DNA of 64,000 nt, taken from the NCBI GenBank assembly GCA_049860595.1, contig CP187551.1, one strand, 5' to 3'. The position numbers and the translations under genes are program-made. The DNA comes from Methanocaldococcus sp. 16A. Lineage in GTDB: Archaea; AGJL01; Methanococci; Methanococcales; Methanocaldococcaceae. The notes under the pieces were generated by a model, which worked only from the letters and a program-made list of their open reading frames with translations, was not told the DNA's origin and searched no databases. This document shows, one piece after another, positions 38,426 to 49,300 of the stretch. Position 1 is the first letter of the stretch. Each line of letters starts with the position of its first letter.

Positions 38426-40045
38426 ATGAGATTTGATATAAAAAAGGTTTTAGATTTAGCGGAGAAAGATTTTGAAAAGGCTTGGAGAGAGACAAAGGCA
38501 TTAATTAAAGATAAGCATATAGATGAGAGATATCCAAGAGCAAAACCGATGTATGGAAAACCTCATCCTGTAATGGAAACAATAGAAAAATTAAGGCAGG
38601 CATATTTAAGAATGGGATTTGAAGAGATGCTTAATCCAGTCATTGTTGATGAATCAGAGATTTATAAGCAATTTGGGCCAGAGGCAATGGCTGTTTTAGA
38701 TAGGTGTTTTTACTTAGCTGGATTGCCAAGACCTGATGTTGGTTTAGGTAATGATAAAGTTGAAATTATAAAGAAATTAGGTATAGATATAGATGAAGAA
38801 AAGAAAGAAAGTTTAAGGGAGGTTCTTCACTTATATAAGAAAGGAGCCATAGATGGGGATGATTTGGTTTTTGAGATTGCTAAGGCGTTAGATGTAAGTA
38901 ATGAGATGGGTTTGAAGGTTTTAGAAACTGCATTTCCTGAATTTAAGGATTTAAAACCAGAGGCATCAACCTTAACTTTAAGAAGTCATATGACCTCTGG
39001 ATGGTTTATAACTCTAAGCCATCTAATAAAAAAGAGAAAACTGCCTTTAAAACTATTCTCTATAGATAGATGCTTCAGGAGAGAGCAGAGAGAGGATAGA
39101 AGCCATTTAATGACTTACCACTCCGCTTCATGTGTTGTTGTTGGTGAAGATGTTAGTGTAGATGATGGGAAAATCGTTGCCGAGGGGTTGTTAGAGCAGT
39201 TTGGATTTACAAAATTTAAGTTCAAGCCAGATGAGAAAAAGAGTAAATACTATACTCCAGAGACACAAACAGAGGTTTATGCATATCATCCAAAATTAGG
39301 AGAGTGGATTGAAGTAGCAACTTTTGGAGTTTATTCACCAATTGCCTTAGCTAAATACAACATTGATGTGCCAGTTATGAACCTTGGGTTGGGAGTTGAG
39401 AGATTGGCAATGATTATTTACGGCTATGAAGATGTTAGGGCAATGGTTTATCCTCAATTTTATGAATATAAGCTTAGTGATAGAGATATAGCTGGAATGA
39501 TTAAGATAGATAAAGTTCCTATATTAGATGAGCTCTATAATTTTGCTAATGAGCTTATTGATATTTGTATAGCCAACAAAGATAAGGAAAGCCCATGTTC
39601 TATTGAAGTTAAAAAAGAGTTTAACTTTAATGGAGAGAAAAAAATAATTAAAGTTGAAATATTTGAGAATGAACCAAATAAAAAGCTTTTAGGACCTTCA
39701 GTATTAAATGAAGTCTATGTCTATGATGGAAATATCTATGGTATTCCACCAACATTTGAAGGAGTTAAAGAGCAGTATATCCCAATTTTAAAGAAAGCTA
39801 AGGAAGAAGGGGTTTCTACAAACATTAGATACATAGATGGAATTATCTACAAATTGGTTGCTAAGATTGAAGAAGCTTTAGTTTCTAATGTAGATGAATT
39901 TAAGTTCAGAGTTCCAATAGTTAGGAGTTTAAGTGATATAAACTTAAAAGTTGATGAGTTGGCTTTAAAACAGATAATGGGAGAAAACAAAGTTATAGAT
40001 GTTAGGGGGCCGGTGTTTTTAAATGTAAAAGTTGAAATAAAATAA
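38426..40045 (+). CDS. sepS: O-phosphoserine--tRNA ligase (SepRS)
   Basis: GKPHPV, QFGPEA, LRSHMTSGWF, CFRREQRED, GLGVERLAM. Confidence 0.97.
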   Translation: MRFDIKKVLDLAEKDFEKAWRETKALIKDKHIDERYPRAKPMYGKPHPVMETIEKLRQAYLRMGFEEMLNPVIVDESEIYKQFGPEAMAVLDRCFYLAGLPRPDVGLGNDKVEIIKKLGIDIDEEKKESLREVLHLYKKGAIDGDDLVFEIAKALDVSNEMGLKVLETAFPEFKDLKPEASTLTLRSHMTSGWFITLSHLIKKRKLPLKLFSIDRCFRREQREDRSHLMTYHSASCVVVGEDVSVDDGKIVAEGLLEQFGFTKFKFKPDEKKSKYYTPETQTEVYAYHPKLGEWIEVATFGVYSPIALAKYNIDVPVMNLGLGVERLAMIIYGYEDVRAMVYPQFYEYKLSDRDIAGMIKIDKVPILDELYNFANELIDICIANKDKESPCSIEVKKEFNFNGEKKIIKVEIFENEPNKKLLGPSVLNEVYVYDGNIYGIPPTFEGVKEQYIPILKKAKEEGVSTNIRYIDGIIYKLVAKIEEALVSNVDEFKFRVPIVRSLSDINLKVDELALKQIMGENKVIDVRGPVFLNVKVEIK

Positions 40046-40067
40046 AAAATATTTTTTTGGTGAAAAA

Positions 40068-40829
40068 ATGGATATAATAACTTTAACAACAGATTTTGGA
40101 AATTGTGAGGGATATGTTGGGGCAATGAAAGGTAGGATTTTAGATATTTTAAAAAAACATAATAAAGATGCAAAAATAGTTGATATTTGCCATGAAATAA
40201 AGCCGTTCAATATCTACCATGGAGCTTATATATTACTAACTGCTATTCCATATTTTCCACCATCGGTTCATGTTGCAGTTATAGACCCAACAGTTGGTAG
40301 TGAAAGGAATTCAATAGTCATTGAAACAAAAAATGGACATTATTTAGTTGGGCCTGATAATGGATTATTCACATATGTGTCTGAAAAATTAGGAATAAAA
40401 AAAATTATTAAAATTGATGAGAGCAAATATAAACCATCTTCAACATTTCATGGGAGAGATGTGTATGCAGTTGTAGGGGCTGAGATTTTAATTAATAACG
40501 GCTATGATGGAGAGGAGCTGAGTGATATAGTTAAATTAAATACTGAAAAAAAGAGAGTTATACACATAGATAGATTTGGAAATATAATAACCAATATTAG
40601 AGCTGATGAAATAGATTTTGATATTTATGATGAGGTTTTAATTAAAATAAAAACAAAAAATGGAGATAAAGTAATTAAATGTAAGTTTGTTAAATCATAC
40701 TTTGAAGGGGGAACTAACTTTATATGTTTAATAAATAGTGAAGGATTCTTAGAAATATCTAAGTTTATGGACAATGCCTCAAAGTTGTTAGGTGTTGATT
40801 ATTTGGATGAGATTGAGATTGTTGAATAA
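40068..40829 (+). CDS. SAM hydroxide adenosyltransferase (DUF62)
   Basis: LTTDFG, AVIDPTVG, GPDNG, TFHGRD, HIDRFGN. Confidence 0.9.
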   Translation: MDIITLTTDFGNCEGYVGAMKGRILDILKKHNKDAKIVDICHEIKPFNIYHGAYILLTAIPYFPPSVHVAVIDPTVGSERNSIVIETKNGHYLVGPDNGLFTYVSEKLGIKKIIKIDESKYKPSSTFHGRDVYAVVGAEILINNGYDGEELSDIVKLNTEKKRVIHIDRFGNIITNIRADEIDFDIYDEVLIKIKTKNGDKVIKCKFVKSYFEGGTNFICLINSEGFLEISKFMDNASKLLGVDYLDEIEIVE

Positions 40830-40830
40830 T

Positions 40831-41421
40831 TTAGAGTTTGCTTTTAGCATATAGATTCCCAAAGTAATATGCATAAACTAATTGAACATAAAATCCTAAA
40901 ATTGCTCCTATTATCCAACCTATTATTGGAATCATTGATATAACTCCAACTATTAAATACAAAACTATTAACACAATATAGCAAATAATATATTCCCCGA
41001 TAACTGATTTTATCCTACTGATTATTTCACCAAACTCAAATGCAGCTCCAAAACTATCTTTAGCTACATAATTTGCAAGAGCCATTGGAATTATAAATCC
41101 AGATATTATTATTAATATAAATCCAATTATTAATCCTACCGTTTTATTCACAAACATTAATGCCAACATAATAATCGATGGAATGATTAAATATGTCATT
41201 GATATTACTGCTCCCACCAAACCTTTTACAAATTTAGAACCGAACTCATCCCATTCTGGAAGGGTTTGATTTTTATTTGTAATTAACTTCATTGTTTCTA
41301 AGGCATAACCAAAGCTTATAAAATTTACAATTGGGACAATATTTAATAACCCCCCAATAAGGACTTTTTTAGTCCAATCTTTATCTTTCATAGGAAATTT
41401 TAATCCTTCTGAAATATCCAT
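40831..41421 (-). CDS. DUF4013-like membrane protein
   Basis: KVLIGGLL..VPIVNF..GY...LPEW motif, several TM helices. Confidence 0.7.
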   Translation of the reverse strand: MDISEGLKFPMKDKDWTKKVLIGGLLNIVPIVNFISFGYALETMKLITNKNQTLPEWDEFGSKFVKGLVGAVISMTYLIIPSIIMLALMFVNKTVGLIIGFILIIISGFIIPMALANYVAKDSFGAAFEFGEIISRIKSVIGEYIICYIVLIVLYLIVGVISMIPIIGWIIGAILGFYVQLVYAYYFGNLYAKSKL

Positions 41422-41494
41422 TTTTTCACCTTTAATATTCTACAATATATAACTTAATTTTAATATTTATATAAGTTATGTTCGAGGTGAGATT

Positions 41495-42604
41495 ATGAAG
41501 ATTAGAGGATTCTGTTACAGATGTGGAGCAGAGGATGAGCTTATAGAGGGGCTTTGTCCTATTTGCTATGCTCAAGAACATCCACTAATTGAAGTTCCAG
41601 AGAGAGTTGAGATAGAAGTTTGCCATATGTGTGGCTCTTACAAAAGAAAGATATGGCAAACACCTAAGAGTGAAGAAGCATTTGAGATATTAAATGAAAT
41701 TGCATATTACGCAACAAAAGATGCTATTAAAAAGAAAAGTGTTATGGTAGATGTTGAGATTTACCCTGAAGTTACCCAACTTCCTGGAGGGAAGAGAAGT
41801 AAGTTAATTATCCCAGTTCATATTGTAGCTAAGGGAAGATTGCCAGGAGAGAATGAAGATAGAGTCTATGAAAAAAATGTTGAAGTGCATTTAAGGATGG
41901 TTCAATGTCCAAGATGCTCAAGATTCATGTCCAACTATTATGAAGCAACATTACAAGTTAGAGCTATGAATAGATATTTAACTGAAGAAGAAAGAGAAGA
42001 GTTAGATAACTTTGTTAGAGAAGAGTTAGCTAAAAGACTAAAAAAAGACAGAATGGCATTTATAGCAAAATTCATTCCACAAAAAGAGGGATTAGATTAT
42101 CAGCTTGGTTCAGTTGGAGCTGCAAGAAATGTTGCTCAAAAAATTAAAGAAAGATATGGAGGAAAGATTACAGAGACAGCAACATTAGTTGGAGTTGATA
42201 GAGATAGTGGAAAAGAGCTTTATAGAGTTACAGTTTCTGTAAGGATTCCTGAATATAAAGTTGGAGATGTGGTTGAATATAACGATAAATACTACTTGGT
42301 TACAGCAATAACTGAAGATAAGGTTTATATGAAATCTATCGATTATAAAAGAGAAAAAATCGGATTAGCTTGGCATATTGCAGAGAAGGAAACAAAAATG
42401 GCAAAAAAGAAGGATGAATTAGATACAGCAACAGTTATAGCAACTACACCAAACATTATGGTTATGGATGATAAAAGCTATGAAGTTTATGAGTTTGATA
42501 ATATTGAAGATGTAGAGATTAAAGAGGGGGATAAAGTTAAGATATTTAAAAAAGATGGAGTTTTCTATTTAGTAAATAAAGTAGAAGAAAAGAATAAACA
42601 ATAA
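41495..42604 (+). CDS. NMD3-like ribosome biogenesis protein
   Basis: Four CxxC pairs, YYEATLQVR. Confidence 0.85.
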   Translation: MKIRGFCYRCGAEDELIEGLCPICYAQEHPLIEVPERVEIEVCHMCGSYKRKIWQTPKSEEAFEILNEIAYYATKDAIKKKSVMVDVEIYPEVTQLPGGKRSKLIIPVHIVAKGRLPGENEDRVYEKNVEVHLRMVQCPRCSRFMSNYYEATLQVRAMNRYLTEEEREELDNFVREELAKRLKKDRMAFIAKFIPQKEGLDYQLGSVGAARNVAQKIKERYGGKITETATLVGVDRDSGKELYRVTVSVRIPEYKVGDVVEYNDKYYLVTAITEDKVYMKSIDYKREKIGLAWHIAEKETKMAKKKDELDTATVIATTPNIMVMDDKSYEVYEFDNIEDVEIKEGDKVKIFKKDGVFYLVNKVEEKNKQ

Positions 42605-42621
42605 ATGGTTTGGTGGAAGTG

Positions 42622-43773
42622 ATGATCAAATTAGAGATTGATAAGAGGGCATATAATTCAATAAAAAATTTTTCAAGATTGGTTTATACTAAAGCAATAA
42701 AAAACAAAGAAGATTTACCAAAAAAAGAGGAGATAGTTATTCTAACATATAATGGAAAATTCGTTGCTAAAGCTTTATACAATCCAAAATCAGTAATTTT
42801 AAAGATTTTAACCCGTGAAAATGAAGAAATTGATTATAATTTCTTCTACAAAAGAATATTTAATGCAAAAATTTATAGAGAAGATATTTTAAATTATAAA
42901 AACACTTACAGATGGATTTATGCTGAAGGGGATGAACTACCAACAATAATATTTGATAAATATAATGAGATAGGGGCTATGCAGTTGATGTCAAAGCTTA
43001 TTGAAAAGGAGTATTTAAAAGATATTGTTGATATTTTATTTGAATTATCTGACTTAGAAACAATATATGTAAAGAGAGGAAAGAAAGGAGCTCCTCTTAA
43101 AAATAAAATTTTTGGAAATAAAGAGAAATTTGAAACAATTATTAAAGAGGGAGAGGCTAAATTTAAAGTAAATGTTAAAGGGCATAAAACAGGATTTTTC
43201 TTAGACCAGCGAGAAAATAGATTAGAGATAGAGAAATTTGTAAAAGAAGGAGATAAAGTTTTAGATATTTGCTGTTACACTGGAGGATTTTCAGTTCATT
43301 GTGCTTTAAAAGGGGCTGAGGTTGTAGGAGTAGATTTATCTAAAAAGGCATTAGAAACTGCTGAAGAAAATATGGACCTAAACAATATTCCAAAAGATAG
43401 GTATGAGTTTATTGAAGGGAATGCATTTGAAGTTATGAAAGAGTTTATAGAAGAGGGAGAGAAGTTTGATATAGTAATTTTAGACCCCCCAGCATTTACA
43501 CAAACTGAAGAAGATATAAAAAATGCTTTGAGAGCTTATGCCTCTCTAAATTATTTAGGAATAAAATTAGCTAAAAGGATATTTGTCACTTGTTCTTGCT
43601 CTCATCATGTAGATAAGGAAATGTTTAAAAGAACAGTTATATCATCAGCTTTTAGAGCAAAAAAAGAGTTAATTATGATTGATTATAAAGGGCAAGCTCC
43701 AGACCATCCAATATCTATAGGAAACAAAAATCTTGAATATTTAAAGTGTATCTTTTTTTATGTTAAAGGTTAA
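42622..43773 (+). CDS. RlmI-like class I SAM-dependent RNA methyltransferase, paralog 2
   Basis: GHKTGFFLDQRENR, CCYTGGFS, LDPPAF, TCSCS, DHP; ATG follows a GGTGG RBS. Confidence 0.9.
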   Translation: MIKLEIDKRAYNSIKNFSRLVYTKAIKNKEDLPKKEEIVILTYNGKFVAKALYNPKSVILKILTRENEEIDYNFFYKRIFNAKIYREDILNYKNTYRWIYAEGDELPTIIFDKYNEIGAMQLMSKLIEKEYLKDIVDILFELSDLETIYVKRGKKGAPLKNKIFGNKEKFETIIKEGEAKFKVNVKGHKTGFFLDQRENRLEIEKFVKEGDKVLDICCYTGGFSVHCALKGAEVVGVDLSKKALETAEENMDLNNIPKDRYEFIEGNAFEVMKEFIEEGEKFDIVILDPPAFTQTEEDIKNALRAYASLNYLGIKLAKRIFVTCSCSHHVDKEMFKRTVISSAFRAKKELIMIDYKGQAPDHPISIGNKNLEYLKCIFFYVKG

Positions 43774-44462
43774 AGTTTTTTAGCATAATCAATCATTCCT
43801 TTAAACATCTTCAACCCATCATCTGAGCCGAGTATTTTTTCACTTGCTCTTTCTGGATGTGGCATTAATAAAACACAATTTTGGTTTTCATTACAAACTC
43901 CAGCTATATTGTCAATAGAGCCATTTGGATTAGCTTCCTCTGTTATCTCTCCTGTCTCATCACAATATTTGAAAACAATCATATTATTTTTATACATATA
44001 GTCGAGTGTTTCATCATCAGCGTAAAATCTTCCCTCAGCGTGGGCAATAGGTATTTTTAAAATGTCTCCTTTTTTATAATACTGTGTAAATGGTGTTTTG
44101 TTATTTTCAACTCTAATATAAACCCATTTACAAATAAATCTTGAATTTAAGTTGTTTGTTAAAACTCCTTTAGAAAATCCTGCCTCTAAACCAATTTGAG
44201 CTCCATTACATATTCCTAAAACTGGTTTTCCCTCTTCAACCATCTTTTTTAGCCCTTTAATTATTGGTGTTCTTGCACTTATAGCTCCAGCTCTCAAATA
44301 ATCTCCATAAGAGAATCCTCCAGGAATAACTGCTCCACTATAGTTGTCTAAGTTATCTTGAGTGAAAAAAACAAGCTCAGGAATTCCACCAGCTAATTTA
44401 ACTGCATGACATACATCTAAATCACAATTAGTCCCTAAGAATTTTGTTACTGCTATTCTCAT
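43770..44462 (-). CDS. purQ: phosphoribosylformylglycinamidine synthase subunit PurQ
   Basis: PGGFSYGDYLR, GICNG, AHAEG, MPHPER. Confidence 0.97.
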   Translation of the reverse strand: MRIAVTKFLGTNCDLDVCHAVKLAGGIPELVFFTQDNLDNYSGAVIPGGFSYGDYLRAGAISARTPIIKGLKKMVEEGKPVLGICNGAQIGLEAGFSKGVLTNNLNSRFICKWVYIRVENNKTPFTQYYKKGDILKIPIAHAEGRFYADDETLDYMYKNNMIVFKYCDETGEITEEANPNGSIDNIAGVCNENQNCVLLMPHPERASEKILGSDDGLKMFKGMIDYAKKL

Positions 44463-44482
44463 ATTAATCTCCTCTGCTTTTT

Positions 44483-44776
44483 CTACTTTAATTCAGATGA
44501 TATTACATTTAACATCTCCTTAATTAATATTGGCATTTTATCAGTTCTTTCACTAAGCTCTATAATCTTTCTCTTTAACCTTTCATCATCACACTGCTTA
44601 ATATCTCTTGCTTTAATAGTTTTTCTACCTTCTTTTCTTGCATTTTGTTCAGCTACTTCAGTTGTTATTTTTATAATTTCTTCGAGCATTTTACAGAGTT
44701 CATCGACAGCTTCTGCAGAGATATTAAAGCTTGTATGTTGTTTCATTATCCTCTTTACTGTAGCTTTTGGTAACAT
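44483..44776 (-). CDS. histone-fold DNA-binding protein with C-terminal extension (MJ1647-like)
   Basis: MLPKATVKRIMK...ARKEGRKTIKARDI histone fold; start reassigned to ATG at 44776. Confidence 0.85.
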   Translation of the reverse strand: MLPKATVKRIMKQHTSFNISAEAVDELCKMLEEIIKITTEVAEQNARKEGRKTIKARDIKQCDDERLKRKIIELSERTDKMPILIKEMLNVISSELK

Positions 44777-44831
44777 AATAGCCCTCCAAATTTTTAGAAT
44801 AAAAAAATAAAGATAAAACAAATAAATTTAT

Positions 44832-45464
44832 TTATTCTTTATTTATATGTTCTACATTTACAACTCCTACTCTAATCAATGGAATTAATGGTATTCCTTC
44901 AATTTCATCCAATCCACTTTTATCTATCAATACAACAATTAATTTTGGGCTACAAATTTCTTTTAACTTCTTTATGCACTCTTTTAAGGTGCTTCCACTT
45001 GTTACAACGTCATCTATGATAACAGCCCTCTTGTAATTTACAGCAGAGAAGTTTTGTGAAATTGAACCAGTTATCTTTTTCCCTTCTTCAGATATATGTT
45101 TTTTTGGTATATAGATAGTTAGCTCCTTCCCTAACTCAGAAGCTACTAAGGTAGCTATAGGAACACCACTTGTAGAGACTCCAACAACGGTATCAAACTC
45201 AATATTCCTACTTTTTAAGATATCAACTATTATTGAGCTTATGCATTTTAACCTATTTGCTGAACTACCAATATTTTTCCAATCAATGAATATATCCACA
45301 TTTTTAAGTTTCATAGTTTTTTCTTCCTCTTTTAATAGTTTTTCAGCATTTAAAACTAAATATCTTGCTGTTTCCATTGATACATTGAGTTCTTCAGCAA
45401 TCTCTCCAATTGTAAGCCCATTGTTTTTTAGCTCTATAACCTTATTTAATAATTCTTTATTCAT
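44832..45464 (-). CDS. HTH + PRTase-fold regulator (PyrE-like, GfcR family)
   Basis: N-terminal HTH GLTIGEIAEELNVS, IIDDVVTSG. Confidence 0.8.
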   Translation of the reverse strand: MNKELLNKVIELKNNGLTIGEIAEELNVSMETARYLVLNAEKLLKEEEKTMKLKNVDIFIDWKNIGSSANRLKCISSIIVDILKSRNIEFDTVVGVSTSGVPIATLVASELGKELTIYIPKKHISEEGKKITGSISQNFSAVNYKRAVIIDDVVTSGSTLKECIKKLKEICSPKLIVVLIDKSGLDEIEGIPLIPLIRVGVVNVEHINKE

Positions 45465-45497
45465 AATCTCCCTCATTAAAATTTTTATATAATAAAC

Positions 45498-46229
45498 TTA
45501 TAATATCCCCAAATACTTATGCATTTGTATTGTTAGCATAACATTATCTTTCAAATACTCTCCACAAGCTTCCATAATTTCAAACAATTTCTTTTGAGAA
45601 GGAGATTTTATATTTCCATGAGGTGTTACTGGTTGAATGCATAAAGTTATATTACCTATATCACTCAAATCCTTTGCTATTATTTTTACATCCTCTATAT
45701 CTGTTTTTTCCATTATAACAACCTTTGCATAGACATCGGAATTTAAATTATACAGCTTTTTTATTGTTTTAAGCTCATTTTTGTAGAGCTTTTCATAATC
45801 TTCATCTTTTATATGCCCAAAATGTTCCCTCAGCTTTATGTCAATAGATGCAATATCAAAATAAAAAACTTTTTCTGGAAACATCCCATTGCTCTCTAAA
45901 AATGTTCTATATCCTTTATCTTTTAAAATTTCAACGATTTCTTTTATTTGTTTGTGATATAATAGAGGCTCTCCTCCTGTAAAGGATACTGCAAATAAAT
46001 CTGGTGTTTTTAATTTGTCTATAGCATTTATTACATCTTCAATCTCCATATTTTGTAAAGTTTCAAATTCTCCACTGCCTGGGATTTTTTCCACCCTATT
46101 AAAATATTCTTTGCTCATCTCATCACAATAAATACAATTTAATGGACATCCAGCAAATCTTACAAATATAAACCTTCTTCCAATATACTTTCCCTCTCCC
46201 ATTATTGAGCTAAAAATTTCCCTTATCAT
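45498..46229 (-). CDS. queE: 7-carboxy-7-deazaguanine synthase (radical SAM)
   Basis: EIFSSIMGEG, FVRFAGCPLNCIYCD, TGGEPL, QMHK. Confidence 0.85.
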   Translation of the reverse strand: MIREIFSSIMGEGKYIGRRFIFVRFAGCPLNCIYCDEMSKEYFNRVEKIPGSGEFETLQNMEIEDVINAIDKLKTPDLFAVSFTGGEPLLYHKQIKEIVEILKDKGYRTFLESNGMFPEKVFYFDIASIDIKLREHFGHIKDEDYEKLYKNELKTIKKLYNLNSDVYAKVVIMEKTDIEDVKIIAKDLSDIGNITLCIQPVTPHGNIKSPSQKKLFEIMEACGEYLKDNVMLTIQMHKYLGIL

Positions 46230-46256
46230 TTTTATCTCTCCATTTTGAACTTTTTG

Positions 46257-46295
46257 TTATAACCTAATACCTACAACCTTACTTAAACCGTTCTC
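46257..46295 (-). repeat. non-coding duplicate of the last 12 codons + stop of smc
   Basis: Encodes ENGLSKVVGIRL*, identical to 46331-46369, with five synonymous differences. Confidence 0.85.
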
Positions 46296-46297
46296 AC

Positions 46298-46322
46298 ATG
46301 AAACTTTTAGAAAAAGTTTCAT
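46298..46322. repeat. perfect 11 bp inverted repeat
   Basis: ATGAAACTTTT-AGA-AAAAGTTTCAT. Confidence 0.8.
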
Positions 46323-46330
46323 CAAAAAAA

Positions 46331-49300
46331 TTATAATCTAATACCTACAACCTTACTCAATCCATTTTCCATATAAACTCCATAAACAACATCTGCCTTA
46401 CTAACCATCTGCTCTCTATGACTTATAACTATAAATTGGCTGTCCTTAGAGGCGTTTTTAATCATATCTGCAATTAAAGAGACATTTTTTACATCCAAGG
46501 CGGCATCAACTTCATCCAATACATAAAATGGTGAAGGATTCAACCTTTGAATGGCAAACAAAAATGCTAAAGCTGTTAAACTCTTTTCTCCTCCACTCAT
46601 AGCATCTAAACTTAAAAGCTTTTTACCTCTTGGAGAAGCATCTATCAAAATACCCCCCTCAAATGGATTTTTCTCATTTTCTAAGCTTAGCTTTCCAATT
46701 CCCCCAATCTCTTTATACACTTCCTCAAAGTTCTTAGCTATCTTGTTAAAAACTTCCATAAAGACTTCTTTCTTTTTATTTTCAAGCTCTTCCATCAATT
46801 GGATATATTTTTCCTCATCTCTCTCATATTCTTTTCTTTTTTCTATAAGCTCATTATATCTCTCAGCAACATAATTATAATCTTCAATAGCCCTCATATT
46901 AACTGGCTCTAATTTTTTTATTTCATTTTCAAGCTCTCCTATGTATATCTCAAGCTCTTCAATATCTTTTTTCTCAACTTCTTCACTTATATTTACTTTT
47001 TCACATAGGTAGAGTTTTCTCTCCTCTTCCTCCAACTTACTCTCATACTTTGCCTTTTCAACCATGAGTTCATTTATTTTATTTTCAATATCCCTAATTT
47101 TTCTTAATAAGTCCTTTCTTTCTCTTTCTAAACCTTCTATTTCTTTCTCAAGTTCTTCTTTTTTTGTAGTAAGTTCTTTTAGATTTTTAGTTAGCTCTTC
47201 ATATCTCTTCCTCTTCTCCTCCAATATGGATAAATTTTTTTCAATACTCTCTTTATAGAATGAGATATTCTTTTCTAATATGGCTTTTTTATTTATTAAC
47301 TCAGAGACTTTTTTATTTAATTCTTCAATCTTTGGAATTAATATCTCTTTAACTAAAGTTAATCCTTTATCAATTTCATTTTTTAATTTAGCTTTTTCTT
47401 TTTCTAAAATTTTTAATTCATCTTCAATTTCATTCATTCTCTTTAAGTTTTCATCACTTTCATATTCCTTCAGCTCATTAATTATCTTCTCTCTTCTTTC
47501 AATTAACTCATTTATTTTATTCTCAATCCCATTAATTCTATCTAAAATTTCCTCTTTTTTAAGGTTTAGCTCTTCCAACTCATATAAAATTTCCTTATTT
47601 TTTAGCTCTAACTCTTTTATTTTCATAGTGTTCTTTTCAGCTATCTCTCTTCTTCTCATCTCATTCTTTTTAATTATTTCCAAGGTATTTTCAATCTCCA
47701 TTTTTTTGGCAGAGCTCTTCTTTATTATCTCATTTAATCTCTCAATCTCATCTTTTATATTTCTTAACTCACTCTCAATGTCTATAATTTCATCAGATAT
47801 TCTATTTAGCTTACTTAAATCAATATCGACCTTTATCTTTGCCTTACTTTTAAAAGTCCCTCCAATCATCGCCCCACTCGGCTCTATAACCTCCCCATCC
47901 AAGGTTACAAACCTTACTTTTTTATATTTTTTAGATAATTCTTTTGCTATGTCTATATTTTCAACAACTACAGTGTTTCCAAATACATATTCAAAAATCT
48001 TTTTGTATTTAAAGTCAAACTCCACCAAATCAATAGCTCTCCCAATAACTCCCTCCTCATCTATATATTCCGCTTCCCTACCTTCAATCCTATCCAATGG
48101 CAAAAATGTAGCTCTCCCAAGCTTTCTCTCTTTTAGATACTTTATAGCTCTAACAGCATCATCCATTCTCTTAACCACTATATGATTCAACCTATTCCCA
48201 GCCGCTACTTCAATGGCTGTTTTATACTCAATCTTTGTTTTTCCTAAATTTCCAACAATATCAATAACTCCTGGCAAGTTAGCATTTAAGATTTCTTTGA
48301 TAGCTCTATCCATAGATAGCTCTTCCATTTCTTTTAATGCTTTAATTCTCGCGTTTTCTTTAACATATTCAGAATGTAACTCATCTAATTTAACTTGCAA
48401 TTCTTTCTTTTTTTCTTCAAGCTCTTTAATTCTTTTCTTTGAAAACTCTATCTCAACCTTTAAGTTTTCAAGCTCTAAATACAATGGTTTAGTATCAATA
48501 TCTTCAACAGATTCAAGCTCTTCCTTTAATTTTTTAATAATCTCATTATTCTTCTCAATTTCAAAATTCTTTCTGTTTATTAAATTGTCCAAGTCATTTA
48601 ATTCTTTTTTTAGTTTATAAAGCTCATTTTGATTTTTAGCTATTTCATCTACTATTTCCATTTCAGATTTTTTTAAATTTTTTATAATATTTTCACTTTC
48701 AGAAATTATCTCTTTTAATCTTTCTTTCTCATAATTTAAGTCCTTAATTTTTTCCTCTATTTCTTTAATCTTATTTTCCTTTTCAATAATCCTATCTCTA
48801 TTCTCAATAATCTTCTTCTGAGTTTCTTCAATTTCATCCTTTTTATTCTCAATTTCATTTTCAATTTTATTTAATTCATTTATTGAGCTTTCCAAAACCT
48901 TCTTATCGTTTTCAATTTCAATTTCAAGCTCTTTAATTGATTTATGAAGCTCTAAAACTTCTTCATTACCTTTTTCATTGAGTTCATTTATAATGTTATT
49001 TAATCTCAATTTTAAACTTCCTATCTCAGCATCTATTTCTCCAACTTTTCCTAAAAATTCATTTTTAAGGTTTTCTAAGTTTTTAATGTCATTTTGAAGA
49101 TTTTCTAAGAGCATATTTAGATAATTAACTTTCTTTAATATTAAAGCGTATTTTGCTGATTTTAGCTCTTCATTTAATTTAATATATTTTTCAGCATCTT
49201 CTTTCTCTTTTTTAAGCTTCTTTAAATTGTTTTCAACCTCACTAATTCTTATATCAATCATTTCAATTAACTCTCTCGCCTTTTTTAACTCTTCCTCTGC

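Noticed and set aside
47280-48185. 301 aa plus-strand ORF and neighbouring short ORFs
   Set aside because: Ser/Phe/Leu-rich antisense shadows of the Glu/Lys-rich SMC coiled coil.
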